Shown: positions 40,338 through 54,400 of the stretch, piece after piece
Numbering within the stretch: the stretch's first letter is position 1
Layout: every line of letters starts with the position of its first letter
Notes under the pieces: model-generated
Database searches by the model: none
Told to the model about the DNA's origin: nothing
Seen by the model: the letters and a program-made list of their open reading frames with translations, nothing else
Translations under genes and position numbers: made by a program
DNA from: Octopus sinensis
Lineage: Eukaryota
Reading direction: 5' to 3'
Length of the DNA: 64,000 nt
Assembly (NCBI RefSeq): GCF_006345805.1
Contig: NC_043005.1
Location: forward strand, 25,792,001-25,856,000

Positions 40338-40779
40338 AGGCGCAGGAGTGGCTGTGTAGAAAGTAGCTTGATTACAAACTACCTGGTTCCGGGTTCTGTC
40401 ACACTGCGTGGCACCTTCCGCAAGTGTTTTCTACTATAGACTCGGGCCGACCAAAGCCTTGTGAGAGGATTTGTTAGACGGAAACTGAAAGAAGCCAGCC
40501 GTATATATATATATATATGTGTGTTTGAGTGTGTGTATTTATGTGTGAGTGCGTGTGTGTGCGTGTGTGTGTATGTTTGTGTGTCTGTGTGTGTCCCCCA
40601 ACATCGCTTGACAACCGATGCTGGTGTGTTTACGTCCCCGTAACTTAGCGATTCGACAGAATAAGTACTAGGCTTTCAAAGAATAAGTCCTGGGGTCGAT
40701 TTGCTCGACTAAAGGGGGTGCTCCAGCATGGCCGCAGTTAAATGACTGAAACAAATAAAAGAATAAAAGCATAAAAGAA
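40338..40779 (+). mobile_element. SINE family A, full length
   Basis: Consensus head to tail. Confidence 0.9.
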
Positions 40780-40789
40780 TTTCTCTATT

Positions 40790-43150
40790 CCCATCGTAGC
40801 TGTCTTTTTGTTTTTCAATTGATATCTTCCTTCAATACATTTTGTAGCTATTTATGTTAGTTTTCCATTAGTCATTATGAGATATTTTTTATAGTCTTTT
40901 ATTAAATAATTTATAATAGTTGTCTAGCTTCATAATTCCTACTAAGTATTACTGGTAATTAGCTTTTTTAGGTTAGATTTTGTGTGGTGTATTCTATAAG
41001 TAAAAATATTTCTTATTGCCATTAGTTGAGAACATTATAACTATAACTTATCAGTGGGACAGTTCAAATATTGACGATTTTTATCTTCTATTTTAGTATT
41101 TAGCTATGCAATAAGTATTAGTCCCGTGTGTTTCTATTATTACTTTACTAATTTTTCTTTCAATTGTATATGTTGTAATCTGTCCAATTCATTGATTCCT
41201 AATTTCTAGTGACTCTGTATTTGATCTACTTCACTTATCTTAGTTCTTTATCTTCTATTATATTAGGATTGTTATTTTTATTCTTTTTCAAGTTACTCAA
41301 TTACATCTTCCTAATCCGTAATTTGAATAAAATCCGTATACTATCTGGAGCAGTGTTTCTCGTTGGTTATTATCTACAACAGTGTATAGTGTTAGGGTGT
41401 TTCCTTAAAAAATATTAGAGATACTCCAGTTTTAATGGAAGCGGACCTAATTATTATAGTTACTCACTTTTCTCTGTATTAATGGAATTAGTAATAATTT
41501 ACTCTGGCGTGTTTTAATGCTTCTACTTATTGCTATTGATATCTTACTCAATGATATTTCTAAGTTCTAGGAGTAAGATAGACTACCTAAAGCTTTCTGG
41601 TAATGAACTTATAATCAGACGCAGCTTTATCTTGATACTCTTCGATCAGTAATTAATATTTGCATATGTATGAGTGTTTGCAACATCGATTTGGTTCTTA
41701 TTACTCATATATTTTTCTGATGTTTATTTATTCTTTGCAACACCATTGCAGGCAAATCCTTATAAATTCTAAGATAACAGTTTATGCTGGGCATCAAGAT
41801 GGTTTTCTCCACAGTGACGCAGTCAGTTGTTACTTTCAGCTCCGTCAGTATCTCATTAGCCCTGTCTAATAGCAGCTTATGTGTCTCTGTTACATATCTT
41901 AACCAGACATTTTGGATTTGTTCATGTCCTCATAGACTTCTAATTGCTCGTTTATGCTGTGATCAGCCACGAGAGTTCAAGTTGTGGTTTTGTTGTTTTG
42001 AAAATTTCGTCCACGATGATTGCTTTGCTGTCCTCACTTTTCTCCAAACTCTTACGCATATCTTGCCGTTCGTCCTTCAGTCACTTCTATTTCATATTTC
42101 TTTTCTTTTTCCTAGATCTTCATAGCGTTCTTTCACGTTGGAAATGTTTGTTTTCTTCGAAGAATTGTCGTTTTATTTCATATCAGCGACTCTTTGTGAT
42201 TCCTCGCATATCTCTTGATTTAAGTAATGTTTTTGATTTTGGATACCCTTTCTTATATGAGTTATATTTCTATAATATTTGTATCTTTTCTAATTTTACA
42301 GTTCTCTTCTTTCCTTATCAATTTCATTAACGACTGACAGATCTTTTCATTTATTTGTTCTATCTCTCAATAAGCTTGTTTTCCATGTTTCTTTTTTCGT
42401 AGAGTTTTATATTCCTACGCCTGTAAATCTAAGACAATATCCATTTTCCTAATGGCTGATTCATATATTATTTTGTTTAACCTGGTGATATCGATATTCG
42501 TGTGTCTGTTTTAATTAAGTCAGTGAAGGCCTGGCTCCCGAAGTTTTATTCTTGTTGCTATTTTATATTTGAGATGTATCCTTAGGAGGTACTTTCGCTG
42601 GTCAATAGAAAGATGTTTTTAATTATTGCTTTCAATTCTTTACTGCAAACATAAGATCGTCATGTTCATGCTCTCCACTTTTACAATCACACATTCTTAA
42701 ATATTCTTTATATTCACATTTATATTTTTAGCTGAGCTGTTCAGTTTCGTGTTAGGGGACGTTATTATAAAGTTGTTCTCCGTTTGGTTTTGTATTTTGT
42801 TTCTTTTGTACATGACATATTAAATCCATCTTCATGATTTGTGCTTCAAACGTTTATATTTTCTCTGTACATTCAGTGTTTGCTACTTGTACTTTCCTTA
42901 TTTATTCTTTATTTCCAGGATCTTATTTTGATTTCTATAACTGTTCTTTTCGAATGAATTATTTTCCTCACTTAGATACATATTTGGGTCCACCGATACG
43001 TTTAGATCCAAGTTGTTTTCCCTTTAAACTTTATACAAGTATACTGACGAATTTTTTTGCATGGTGTATGGCTGTAGTAAGCCATGGATGTAGAATAGAA
43101 ACGAATGACATCGTATCGATTTATACTCTTTTCTGTTTAATTTACGAGAC
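40790..43150 (-). mobile_element. Heavily decayed R4/Dong-like retrotransposon (N-terminal region and RT)
   Basis: Minus-strand KS.GHEQIQNVWLRYVTETH (cf. WKSPGPDxIQNFWLK.L...H) and DITRLNKIIYESA (cf. ITELNELIYAAA); many stops and frameshifts. Confidence 0.5.
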
Positions 43151-43689
43151 CTAAAAAATAAAGTCTGGCCCTTCATATAATTTATATCCATTTTTGTACA
43201 GAATACTTTTTTATGGTTTTGTTGAGATTTTTTTTCCAGTTTTGGACTAAATATTTATCACATACGCATCAATTTACTTTGATTACTTTAGATTTATCAG
43301 ATACGCATAAAAATAAGATACTTATCATTGAATCTATTAATATTAAACTGAAAGACAGCAAGTTTATTCGTTATTTATCATTTTTGGTGTACAAAACTTA
43401 ATCATTGTGTTGTTGATGTTAACCGTGATACGAGAGTCTGAGTACACATTATATCAGATAACCGGTCACCATGAATATTAGTGCGGCATTAATTATGTGA
43501 CAGGAAAGACCAATAAATTTTATTACAGATTACACGGTTATACGTCAACGTTTTCGTAATTATTATTATGTTTTTCACTTTTTACGCTAGCCAATATTTT
43601 TCGAAGCAGTTCAACGTTCCAAGGTTGTTCAGTTTGTTTAGCTTTGTTTGTCCTACAGTAAAATTTGTTAATACACCTCATCCTACTTA

Positions 43690-44290
43690 TTTCACTTGTA
43701 AAGTCCTTATACTGTGGCAGTGTCCCGTTTTTTGTATTGATTTGATCAGAAGGTATCGAGATATCGATCAGAATATAGGCATTTTGGTTTCAGGCTTTGA
43801 TTATTATATGTGAACAGTTCTCCTTCATCTCATTCAGAGTTTGGATAGATACAGGTAATTCCCAGATGCTTCTGCTCAAGTCAGAATCATCTAACGGATA
43901 TGTTACATGGTTATATCACTCACTTCTTGTCCGTTTCAGTAGTTAAAATGTTGCCAACCTTTTGACTAGTTCTGATCTAAGAATATACTTGACACTTGTC
44001 TAGAACTTGGCAGCCAAACACATTGTGTTCGACTGACTCACTGCATGCATGATCTCTATTTGGCGTTAATACATTTGTTTCTTTATTTCATTCTGTAATT
44101 GTTTCTTGGTAGACATTGTCTTTGTGCCACTAATATCAAACTGTGTTTTTCTTTTAGCTCAGAGCTTTAGTGATATTGTTAGTTTTCACTGTGGTGTATT
44201 TCCACATTTCTGCGTCTTACGAAATTTTAGACAGTCTTCTGTAGGTTCATCTTTAGTCTATTTTGGAATTCCAGTTGCATCTATATAAAA
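43690..44290 (-). mobile_element. R4/Dong C-terminal CCHC and RLE endonuclease relic
   Basis: C..ESVEHNVFGCQVL...KVGNIL (zinc knuckle) and ILIDISIPSDQ (cf. LIDVSIPSD of RLE). Confidence 0.6.
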
Positions 44291-44966
44291 CGTTATTTCA
44301 GCACTTTTCTTTATGATCAATTTTTAATGTATTCTTCAAGTATTTATTAACCCTTTTGAATATAATATTAGAAATGATCCATATGAAGGAAATGGTTTAG
44401 AGTTTTTTCGTAGCATTTAGAAGCATTCAAAGTTTAACCTAACAAAATTATTAATGGAATTAGCGCAAAGCAGAGGAAGAGGAGGCATAATGAACGGTTT
44501 TAAAAGCCATTATTGACATTCTTTTAACTCAAGACTCGTTAGAACCTCTGGAGTCTTGCATGCGTAGCGAGCTTGCTGCCTGCAGCCTACGGTACCATGT
44601 TCTCTGTTCTCTTTAACTATTTAATACTTCCCTTATGATTCTGGCTATGCTAAAAAGGCAAACGTTTTTCAAAAGCTCTACTTGACATTTTATTCCCATT
44701 TCCGTTATATTCCTCTTAATACCTTCTGGTATTAAGAGACCTAACAATAGATGACACTATCTTCATGTTTTCATCTCCCACAGTCGAGCTATTTCGTATT
44801 TAAGTGGATTGGATATGCCCAGGTTTCCGCTTTCATTCTTATTTATTCGTGAGTAAAAGAGTAAAAGAGTAAAAGTATAGATATTCCAGTTCATTACAGA
44901 ACATATAGCAGAAAAGTCTAATTCTTCAACTGCATGTAGCACGGGCAACGCCGGGTATATTTGATA

Positions 44967-45023
<57 letters not shown>

Positions 45024-46333
45024 TTTTTCTATTCTAGGCACAAGGCCCGAAATGATTTGGGGGTAGGCACAGTCGATTAGATCGAACCCAGCACGCAAAT
45101 GGTACTTAATTTATCGACCCCGCAAAGGATAAAAGGCAAAGTGGACGTCGGCGGAATTTGAACTCAGAACATAAAGACAGACGAAATACCGCTAATAAGC
45201 ATTACGCCCGGTGTGCCTAGGTTTCTTCTAGCATTATTATTGCTATCATGATATATATATATATATATATATATACAGAGAAAAGGCTGAGAGTGAGAGA
45301 GAAACAGAGAGACTGAGAATAGAAATGAAAGGAAGAAGGAGGGGTTGAAAGATAGTCGTGATGAATTTTTCATTTAATCACGACTACCACCATTAACTAG
45401 CAGAGGCATCAGTCCGCTCCACAGCCCAGCCCACATCGCCAATATCACAACTTGAATCTTGAGTGCACCCCCCCCCCCCAAAAAAAAACTCATTTAACTA
45501 AGTAAAATATATGTAATTACCTGCAGCGAGTGGAATACAATATATTATGTGAAAATTTGGTTTTTAGATCAATTGAAGATGGATGGTAAATAGAGAGAGA
45601 GTTCGATAAGATACGATTATCGATATGGCTGAGATAGCATGTACTTAACGAAGTGAAAGATAGTATTTTGATCCTAGTTTTTACAATAATAAAACCGGCG
45701 AGGCGGGAGATGGAAAATCGGAGATGTGAGAGATGGAGAAAGTTGATGTTATAGCGAAATATGGAATCTTTCTTTCTTGATTTACTATTGACAGAAAATC
45801 TCATTTGAACGTAACGTATAATGCAATTGAAAGCTACTGAATGTTGCTACATTGCTGTAAAATTATTTTTGCTTTTTATAACACATTCCATTGGAAATAG
45901 CTATTGCTATATTTCGTTGTATAGTTATAATGCTCAACATATTCATTTTACAATCATTGGAGAAAGAGTTTGCACCTAAAACTGTTCATTGATTTCTTAT
46001 TTTGCGTTCGAAATAATTAAAGGAACATATTTTTACATTTGTCTAAGAGTTTGTGTATATTGTTGTGTTTTTCACGTATATTTGTATGCAAAATTCGAGC
46101 AATCCATTATTCGCTTTGGTTGTATTAGTCGTCTTTCATACTTGAATAATATATATATATTCTTTTAGTTCTTTCCTTCATATCGGGCTGTGACTCCTGA
46201 AGCACCACCTTGCAGGTAAATCGAAGAAATCAACTGTAATATTTATTTTCAATCTAGTAATTATTCTGTGGAATCATTTTGCTTTCATATTCCACATTTG
46301 CACCGATTACCAGCGCCAGACAAACACACACAT

Positions 46334-46466
46334 GTACACAAATACACAAAGGTACACAAATACACAAAGGTACACAAATACACAAAGGTACACAAATACA
46401 CAAAGGTACACAAATACACAAAGGTACACAAATACACAAAGGTACACAAATACACAAAGGTACACA
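46334..46466. repeat. 18-bp minisatellite (GTACACAAATACACAAAG) x7.4
   Basis: Perfect tandem units. Confidence 0.95.
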
Positions 46467-46714
46467 CAGACGTGATTATATAATGCGTTTAATTATAAAA
46501 ATCATACAGCCTTATGACATTCAACGAGTATTTAGAAGGGTATGTGTATTCTTATATATCTCAAAAAGAAAACTGCGATGATTATGCTCCGAATTACATT
46601 TGGCTGGTTTCTATCGTTGGATAGTTCACAGATACATAAAGAAAGCAAAAACAAAAACAGGAAACAAAACAGGAAACAGGAAATACATACATACACACAC
46701 ACATTACATGTGTG

Positions 46715-46746
<32 letters not shown>

Positions 46747-48033
46747 TGTATGTATGTATGTATGTATGTACGTATGTATGTATGTATATATGTATGTATG
46801 TATGTATGTACATGTGTATGTGGTCATTTCGTTTTATTTCAAGATTTCTTGCCAATAGAGAAAGAGCCAGTTTCTTACCTAGATCCAAAGCTTCTTCATT
46901 GGAATTTCAACAACATCAACAGGGTATGTATGTATGTATGTATGTATGTATGTATGTATGTATGTATGTATGTATGTATGTATGTATGTATGTATGTTTG
47001 TATGTATGCATGTATGTATGTATAGATACACAGATAGGGAGATAGATATAGAGATTCAAATAAAGACATGAATACCTATATGTATAATATATGCGTATGT
47101 GTGTGCGCGCGCGTGTAAGCAGAAGACAGTATATTCAATGTATATACAGTTTTTGTTCAAAGCTGGTGATTCACCTTGTTCCTATTCCTAATTCCGCAGG
47201 TTTTGTGTTCCGTCGTCTCTCATCGGTTAGTTAGTAATACTAAATATTTCATATAACCTAATCACTGTCGGCTAACCAAATTGGATGAGTTAAGCATTAC
47301 AATCCAATGAAAGAAATAATCATATTTGATTATACATTCGTACTCACAGCTGCTTCATTTAGTAAACTTAAGTTGCCAAATATCGTTGGCAAACCACATA
47401 CAAACCACGTAATATCTCAGCTTACGGTGTATATCATTGATTAGAGACTCAAAGCCACAGCTCTGCGCTACTAACCGCTTAATAAGCACTAATATTTCTA
47501 ATAACCGTATTATTGTTCGGAATGCTAACAAGATCGAACTACCGCTGCATCACGTGACAATAGAAGCAGCAGCAACGGCAACAACGACAGCAACAATAGC
47601 ATCAACAGCAGCAATCTGCTCAATATCATAGATTTGCTTGACCTTAACCAGTTGAGTTTGTCCCTTTGGTGACTGACGATATGTGCCCAAGGTGCCAGGC
47701 AGGGTGATTTGAACCCCTAACCACGTCATTGCAAAATGAGCTTTTTAATCACAGAGCCATACCTTCGCCTACATATTTTCTAAAATAGAACTGACAAAAA
47801 TGCACAAAACTTTAGGGTATAATGAAATCTAAAGGTTTATTACCATCTGATAAAACGTCCTGTTCGAAACATGACGAATCGATGAAAGCTTGTACATGGT
47901 CATTCGACCTTCCCGAAATAACAGCTAAATTTCTTCAAATGTACATTAAAATATTTCAAATAAGAGAATTTGTGTTTTTCTATTTTTTTTTTTTTGTTTG
48001 TAATGAGATAAAAACCGAAATATATACATATAT

Positions 48034-48400
48034 AAGCGCAGGAGTGACTGTGTGTTAAGTAGATTGCTTACTTACGGTTCAGTTCTTCTGTGTGGTACAT
48101 TCACCTAGTGTCTTCTACTATAACTTCGGGCCGACCGAAGCCTTGTGAGTGGATAGTCCGTTGTATATGTATATATATGTATATGCATGTGTGTGTATAT
48201 GTTTGTGTGTCTGTTTGTCCCCCCGACATCGCTTGACGAGCGATGCTGGTCCCCGTAAGTTAGCGGTTCGGTAAAAGAGACCGATAGAATAAGTACTAGG
48301 CTTAGAAAGAATAAGCTCTGAGGTCGATTTGCTCTACTAAAGGCTTTGTTCCAGCATGGCTGCAGTCAAATGAATGAATCAAGTAAAAGAGTAAAAGAAT
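48034..48400 (+). mobile_element. SINE family A
   Basis: Consensus head, core and tail with small deletions. Confidence 0.85.
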
Positions 48401-48457
48401 GAGAAATGGAAGTAATTTGCATGTTCATAAATCGGTTGATTTATATGCTAAATATGT

Positions 48458-48760
48458 TTGATGGTTCTTTCTCGAGCCACGCCTGGCTCACAAGGGCCGG
48501 TTTCCCGGTTTCCTTGGCGTATAGGTTCCCCACCTGGACGGGACGCCGGTCCGTCGCAGATGAGCTGCAAGATGCAGGAGGAAAGAGTGATAGAAAGTTG
48601 TGGCGAAAGTGTCAGCAGAAGTTCGCTATTTCCTTCTGCCAGAGCCGCGTAGTGCTTAGGTCTTTCGCTCATAAACATACATATTACCCGGTCTGAGATT
48701 CGAACCCACGATCCCTCGACCGCGAGTCCGCTGCTCTAACCACTAGCCCATGTGCCTCCA
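48458..48760 (-). mobile_element. tRNA-Arg-like SINE, tail variant 3, with 16-bp TSD
   Basis: TATATGCTAAATATGT at 48442-48457 and 48761-48776. Head TGGAGGCACATGGGCTAGTGGTTAGAGCAGCGGACTCGCGGTCG; V-domain-like CTGCGACGGACCGGCGTCCCGTCCAGG. Confidence 0.9.
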
Positions 48761-49355
48761 TATATGCTAAATATGTGTTTCTATTAACTGAGAAAAATGT
48801 ACCCCGTAATAGAAAGTTTTTACAAAACTATAAGAAGATTGAAAAAATTATAGAAATCTTAAAAGTCGTTAAAGATATGATTATAACGAAGTGCATTTAT
48901 TATTGTTTACGGACTGAACGGAATATATACATATGAGAGAGAGTAAAAATGTTAGATAATTAAAAGCATCTTGGATATAAAATGAAATACGTATATTGTA
49001 TTAAAAGATCGATTTGAACAAGTATGGCATATCCGGTGCTGCTCATGTAGCTTGTGGGAGTTTCTCACTAAAAATTCGGGTTAAGGTAGAATCTTATTTC
49101 GTTCGAAGGAGAAAGATTGTGCAGGAAATATGTTTTGTGGTAGTAAGGCTTCAAATATTAGTTTCGGTACGTAAGTTGATATGATGGAAAAATATTAGAT
49201 GTTTACGCACACATACACATACTCACTCACACAGACACAGAACACGCACACACACACACAGACAAGCATTCACATACACACACATACATACGCACATGCA
49301 CACAAACACATGCAGATGCCGGCATACATGCATGCATATACATATGTAGGTCTTT

Positions 49356-49529
49356 CACTAATTACACATCGTATGGTAGTGACTTGTACTTCTGCGGTGA
49401 GTTATATTTTTAAGAACGACAATGTGCTGAATATTTAGATAAATATGTAAATTAGTTAACTATATATTCAAGTCTCACATATACCAATTAGGCTTAATAT
49501 TTTGGTTTTAGAATTATCTAATGTGTGTA

Positions 49530-49563
<34 letters not shown>

Positions 49564-49670
49564 TAGAGATAGACAGACAGACAGGCAGACAGACAAGAAG
49601 ACAGATGGACATTCAGATAGATAGTTACATACACACACATACATATATGTAGAGAGAGAAAGAGAGGGGT

Positions 49671-49706
<36 letters not shown>

Positions 49707-49752
49707 GGAGATAGATAGATAAATAGAGAGACAGACAGACAGACAGACAATC

Positions 49753-49850
<98 letters not shown>

Positions 49851-49901
49851 GGATAGATAGATAGATAGATAGATTTACAGATAGATTTACAGATAGACAG
49901 G

Positions 49902-49982
<81 letters not shown>

Positions 49983-50889
49983 GCAGAGAATACGCTGTGG
50001 TGCACGTCTTGTTTCTAGTTAGTTGGTGTATTGCAATCGATGCATAAAGCATTGAAGATGACTTAAGATATTCTAAATGCTGTAATCAAATATACAAATA
50101 TGCATTTGCAATTATATAAATTATTAATTACTGATAATTAGTATCGGGAAAGTGCTTTAGGTAATGAGTGAATTAATATTAGCATTACAAAGCAGTCATT
50201 ATTTAAATTTTGACGTGCAGATAATGCTTCCCTGATTGACTGATTAATAGTTAAGAAACTTAAGCTCTTCACTATTGGCAAGATGTTTAATTCAAAGGAA
50301 GAGAGACAAATATTATGCACAGTTGTGTGTACAGTCTTAATGATCTTACTGTAATTTCAGCTGTCTGCTCTGGGCTACATTAAAATGGCTCTTATCTCGT
50401 CGTTTGCACTGCGAGGCGTACACGTGTGGAAAGGGCTGATAAGTTCATAGGCCGACTATGAAGGAGTGATGCTAGAGCTGTGAAATCTTGCAGACGTTAA
50501 TTTCAACTATTCTTATTAATAACTGTATTGTTTATTTCCAAGCTAAATTGATATCTGACTGTTCAAAGAAGACTTCAGAAGTCATTGGTTATGGTTGCAT
50601 TATAAAGCACTTACAAGGACATTCATGCTGACACGGTTGTTACATTAGGGGATGATGCTCCAGATTTATCAACGACGCTAAAATCGGGCAGCTGAATTTT
50701 GGAGGGGAAGGGAGAGTCTTGAAGATGACTCAAGATCTAGATTGCAGCAATGGCCACCACCGATGAAACACTAATCGTATTCAGCACACTGATGAATGTC
50801 AAGCGACTCTCATTTTCACAAATCACTTCTTAAATTACTCTCAAACTTCTGTGAAAACGCCATATTGTACACAGGCACACACACACACA

Positions 50890-50943
<54 letters not shown>

Positions 50944-51394
50944 TACATACACGCAAATGCACGTACTATAACACATGTATAGTATATGGCTTATACTATA
51001 AGCATATCTCGTGAGATAGTTGAGAATATTCTGCACAATGATTTTGGCATGAAGAAAAATATCGATCTGTTCTTACTGTCGACTGAAATATCATACAAAA
51101 AGTATATACTACTTGTGTATCTGTATTATTGAAACAAATGTTTATCAACGATCAGTTTAAATTTTAATCCTGAGTTAACATAGCAACACTCATAACAAGT
51201 GTATCAATAAATTTATAAATGTAACCTAGCTGATAATTCTAAAACCAAAATATTAAGCCTAATTGGTATATGTGAGATTTGAATATATAATTAACTAATT
51301 TACATATCTATTTAAATATTCAACGCGTTGTTGTTCTAAAGAATATTATTCAGCGCAGAAGTACAAGTAACTACCATACGATGTCTAATCAGTG
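49356..51394. repeat. ~163-bp inverted repeat pair (49356-49518 / 51232-51394)
   Basis: The two segments are reverse complements, about 85-90% identical by eye. Confidence 0.85.
50425..50660 (+). mobile_element. Probable mariner 5' end relic
   Basis: GGGCTGATAAGTTCATAGGCCGAC resembles mariner TIRs of the GGGCTGATAAGTTCCTGG type; no ORF support. Confidence 0.4.
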
Positions 51395-52950
51395 TGCCAC
51401 TTATAGAACTTGAAATTTTTCATAAATGCATACAAATTAGCTCTATTTGCTGATGGAATTTTTGACATAATAAAAATTTCATATTTCAGAGTTTATTGTA
51501 CAAATAAGCAATAGATAACACTTTTTTATTTTATGTATAGTGAAAACGTTGTAAAAGTGTGCTGTCTGATGTATTTTGTAGTCAATTTATGTCCCAAATT
51601 TATGAAGTATAGAAAATTATAAAACACAGAACAACGTTTTGTTCTCCTTCTTTAAAGATTTTTTGGTATAATTAATAATATCTAATTTAATAAAGTCTTT
51701 CTTCAAATATTGCGTCTACAATTATAAATAAATGCATACATACACACCATCGCACACGCACACAGCCGCAATCACACACATATTTGTAGAAAGACGTGCA
51801 GAAAGCAATTAATAGCGAAAGAATTCATAAAATACGAAGATATGTAAAATGCTTTTATATGGAAATCTTTTCAAAAACTATTTGTCTGCTTTACTATGTA
51901 AACCAATTTATGTCCAGAGGCATTTTCATATCACGGAATTTTGTCAGTGAACAGGTCGTGGTCTCAAAGCGACGAAAATATTTTGGCAAATTAAATTTAA
52001 ATGTTGAAGTAAATCTAATGGTTTCTTAAATGTGTATTTCTTAAATGGCTTATAAACACCTTCTACGCTGTAATTGTTTTCGTTCCAGCACACGATCTCA
52101 TATCAGGTCATTTGCTATGCAAGTCCATCTCCGTAACATTTTTATATCTCCAATGCAAAACTTTATTTTTCGTCAAATTGTATTTCAAGTCATGTTTCAC
52201 TTCTTTGAAAGAAATTGAAATTACTATACGATCACAACTCTAAGTTTTTCACCCAATGCTGGCAATATCTTTAAAATGCGATTAGCTTTGCACATACACC
52301 ATGTTCTAAAACCTCCTACAGTCAATTTGTGTGTGAAGACATTTCATTTTGCTTCACAACAGTTCCTGATAATATTCTACAACTTTCTAGGTTCGGTTAA
52401 AACTGATTTAGATGAGGCAGGGAATTAGCCTCATCGCAAACATTTTAATGTGATATTTTAATGACCAAATGAAAAATAGGGACCACATACATCGTTATAT
52501 CAACAGTTTTAATTGCTAAAACAAAAGTTTTCTGACAGTCTGTGGTTTTAGAAAATCGATTGTAACAAATATTTGCTTGGAGCAAGAATTAATTCACCTA
52601 ATCGTTCTCGTAATCAAATAGGTTTTATTCTCACAAGCATCAGCGCCGGTTATATATAAACAGTTAATCTAATAGCTTCTATAAATCTATTTATCAAGTG
52701 CAACCAGGAAACATTATATATATGTCTCCAGACGAAGATTCTTTTTCGAATCATTAGACATCACTCGTCGCTAAAACAATATATTTTATTTTCAATTGTG
52801 TGTGCTCATTATTCGCCAACGCTAATCCTAACTAGTTTTCTAGAACCCTGTTGTTACTTTGTACTCACGACTAATTACATCAAACTAGGTTGACAACCAT
52901 TAAAGTTAACTTTATTTTAAATTCTGTTGAGGTTAACTAATGCTGATTAT

Positions 52951-53621
52951 CACCTTGATCACCTTGACAGACCAGTCCGTCGGGCGTCCATTTGACACCG
53001 CTGGTCACAGCACGTTGTCTACTCCTCTCTGGATCGCGCCTTTCTCATCCACGTGATCCCAATCGTCCTCCTGAAATCGTAACTCCACCGACGTGGAGGC
53101 CTTCTGGGTGGTCGTTTCCGCTCGCGCGGGTACCACTCGACAACTGCGCTGGTCCACCGATTATCGGTGAACCGGGCGACATGTGCAGCCCATCTAAACT
53201 TGCTGCGTGTATACTCTGCGATGACATCCCTCACGTCGGACTTCTTTCTGATGATCTCGCTACTGATGTGTTCTCTCAACGAGATACCAAGCATTGACCT
53301 TTCCATGGCTCTTTCAGCCGTTACCAGTCTCTGCTCTTCTCTCTTTGTGGTAGACCATGTTTCACTACCATATAACATTGCAGGTACAACTGTACTGTTG
53401 ATGAGGTTGGCGCGGGTGGTCCTGTCCAACCTTCCCTTGAGCACATCCCTTATGCCATTAAACGCCTTCCATCCGGCCTTTACTCTCCGTGAGATCTCCT
53501 TTTCGATATCTCGGCACATATTCACTTCCTGTCCCAGGTAGACATATTCCTTTACCTCCTCAATTTCATCACTGCCGATCATCATTCGACCTGTTGGTAC
53601 GTTATCTGACCACAAGAACTT
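52951..53621 (-). mobile_element. 5'-truncated young RTE-1-like LINE with 13-bp TSD
   Basis: Uninterrupted 198-aa ORF (EVKEYVYLGQEV...AMLYGSETW...RWAAHVAR...RPPRRW), 3' tail TCAAGGTGA x2, TSD TAATGCTGATTAT at 52938-52950 and 53658-53670. Confidence 0.92.
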
Positions 53622-53817
53622 CGTAATATATAACGAAAATATAATCAGTGTTAAGTTTAATGCTGATTATGTTTACGTTGATTCATGTTTAATTCAGTTG
53701 CCGCCAGCTTACAAACCAGAAATATAATCGTCACCGCATCTCGCTTCCTACAATTCTTGAAACTGTATGATAGTGAAATGCCTAAACATTGACAATCTGT
53801 CGGTTTAAACGAAATGA

Positions 53818-54110
53818 GTTCCAGTTGATCCGATCAACAGAACAGCCTATTACTGGAATTAACGTGTAAGTAACTGAGACCTCCACAGACACGCGTACCC
53901 TTAACGTAGTTCTCAGGACGATTCAACGTGACACACAGTGTGACAAGGCTGGCCCTTGGAAATACGAGTGCAACTCATGTTTGCGATCTGAGTGTACTGG
54001 AGCAAAAGTGAAATAAACTATCTTGCTCAAGGACACAACATGCCGCCGGGAATCGAACTCTCAACTTTATGATCGTCAGCCGAATAACGTAACCACTAAG
54101 CCACCGGCCT
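53818..54110 (-). mobile_element. SINE family C
   Basis: Reverse complement of the 8777-type element. Confidence 0.8.
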
Positions 54111-54400
54111 TCACTCCCTATACACTGAAGTACCAATCATATCTCGTAACAGCTTTGGAATTTATAAGGGCGTTGCAATAGTGCAGCACAGAAAAGCATG
54201 AAGCGAAAATACGTCGATGAAATACCCAACAATAGGTACATGAAAAAATTCCTAATGAAAAATTTCCATTGCAGAGGAATTTGAAAGTCTTGAAGGCAAA
54301 AATACTTCTTCATCGATTCAGCATTAACTCTAAGAAGGGTCCAAATGTTCAAACTGCATGCTGGAGAATAATATGTGTAAACAATATATCTGTAAAAGTA

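Noticed and set aside
44938-44970. GCACGGGCAACGCCGGGTA...GATAGT, like a Helitron 3' tip
   Set aside because: Only ~30 bp, CTAG is mutated and no recognisable body lies upstream.
46334-46466. Regular repeats as a possible CRISPR array
   Set aside because: Contiguous tandem units without spacers, in a eukaryotic genome.
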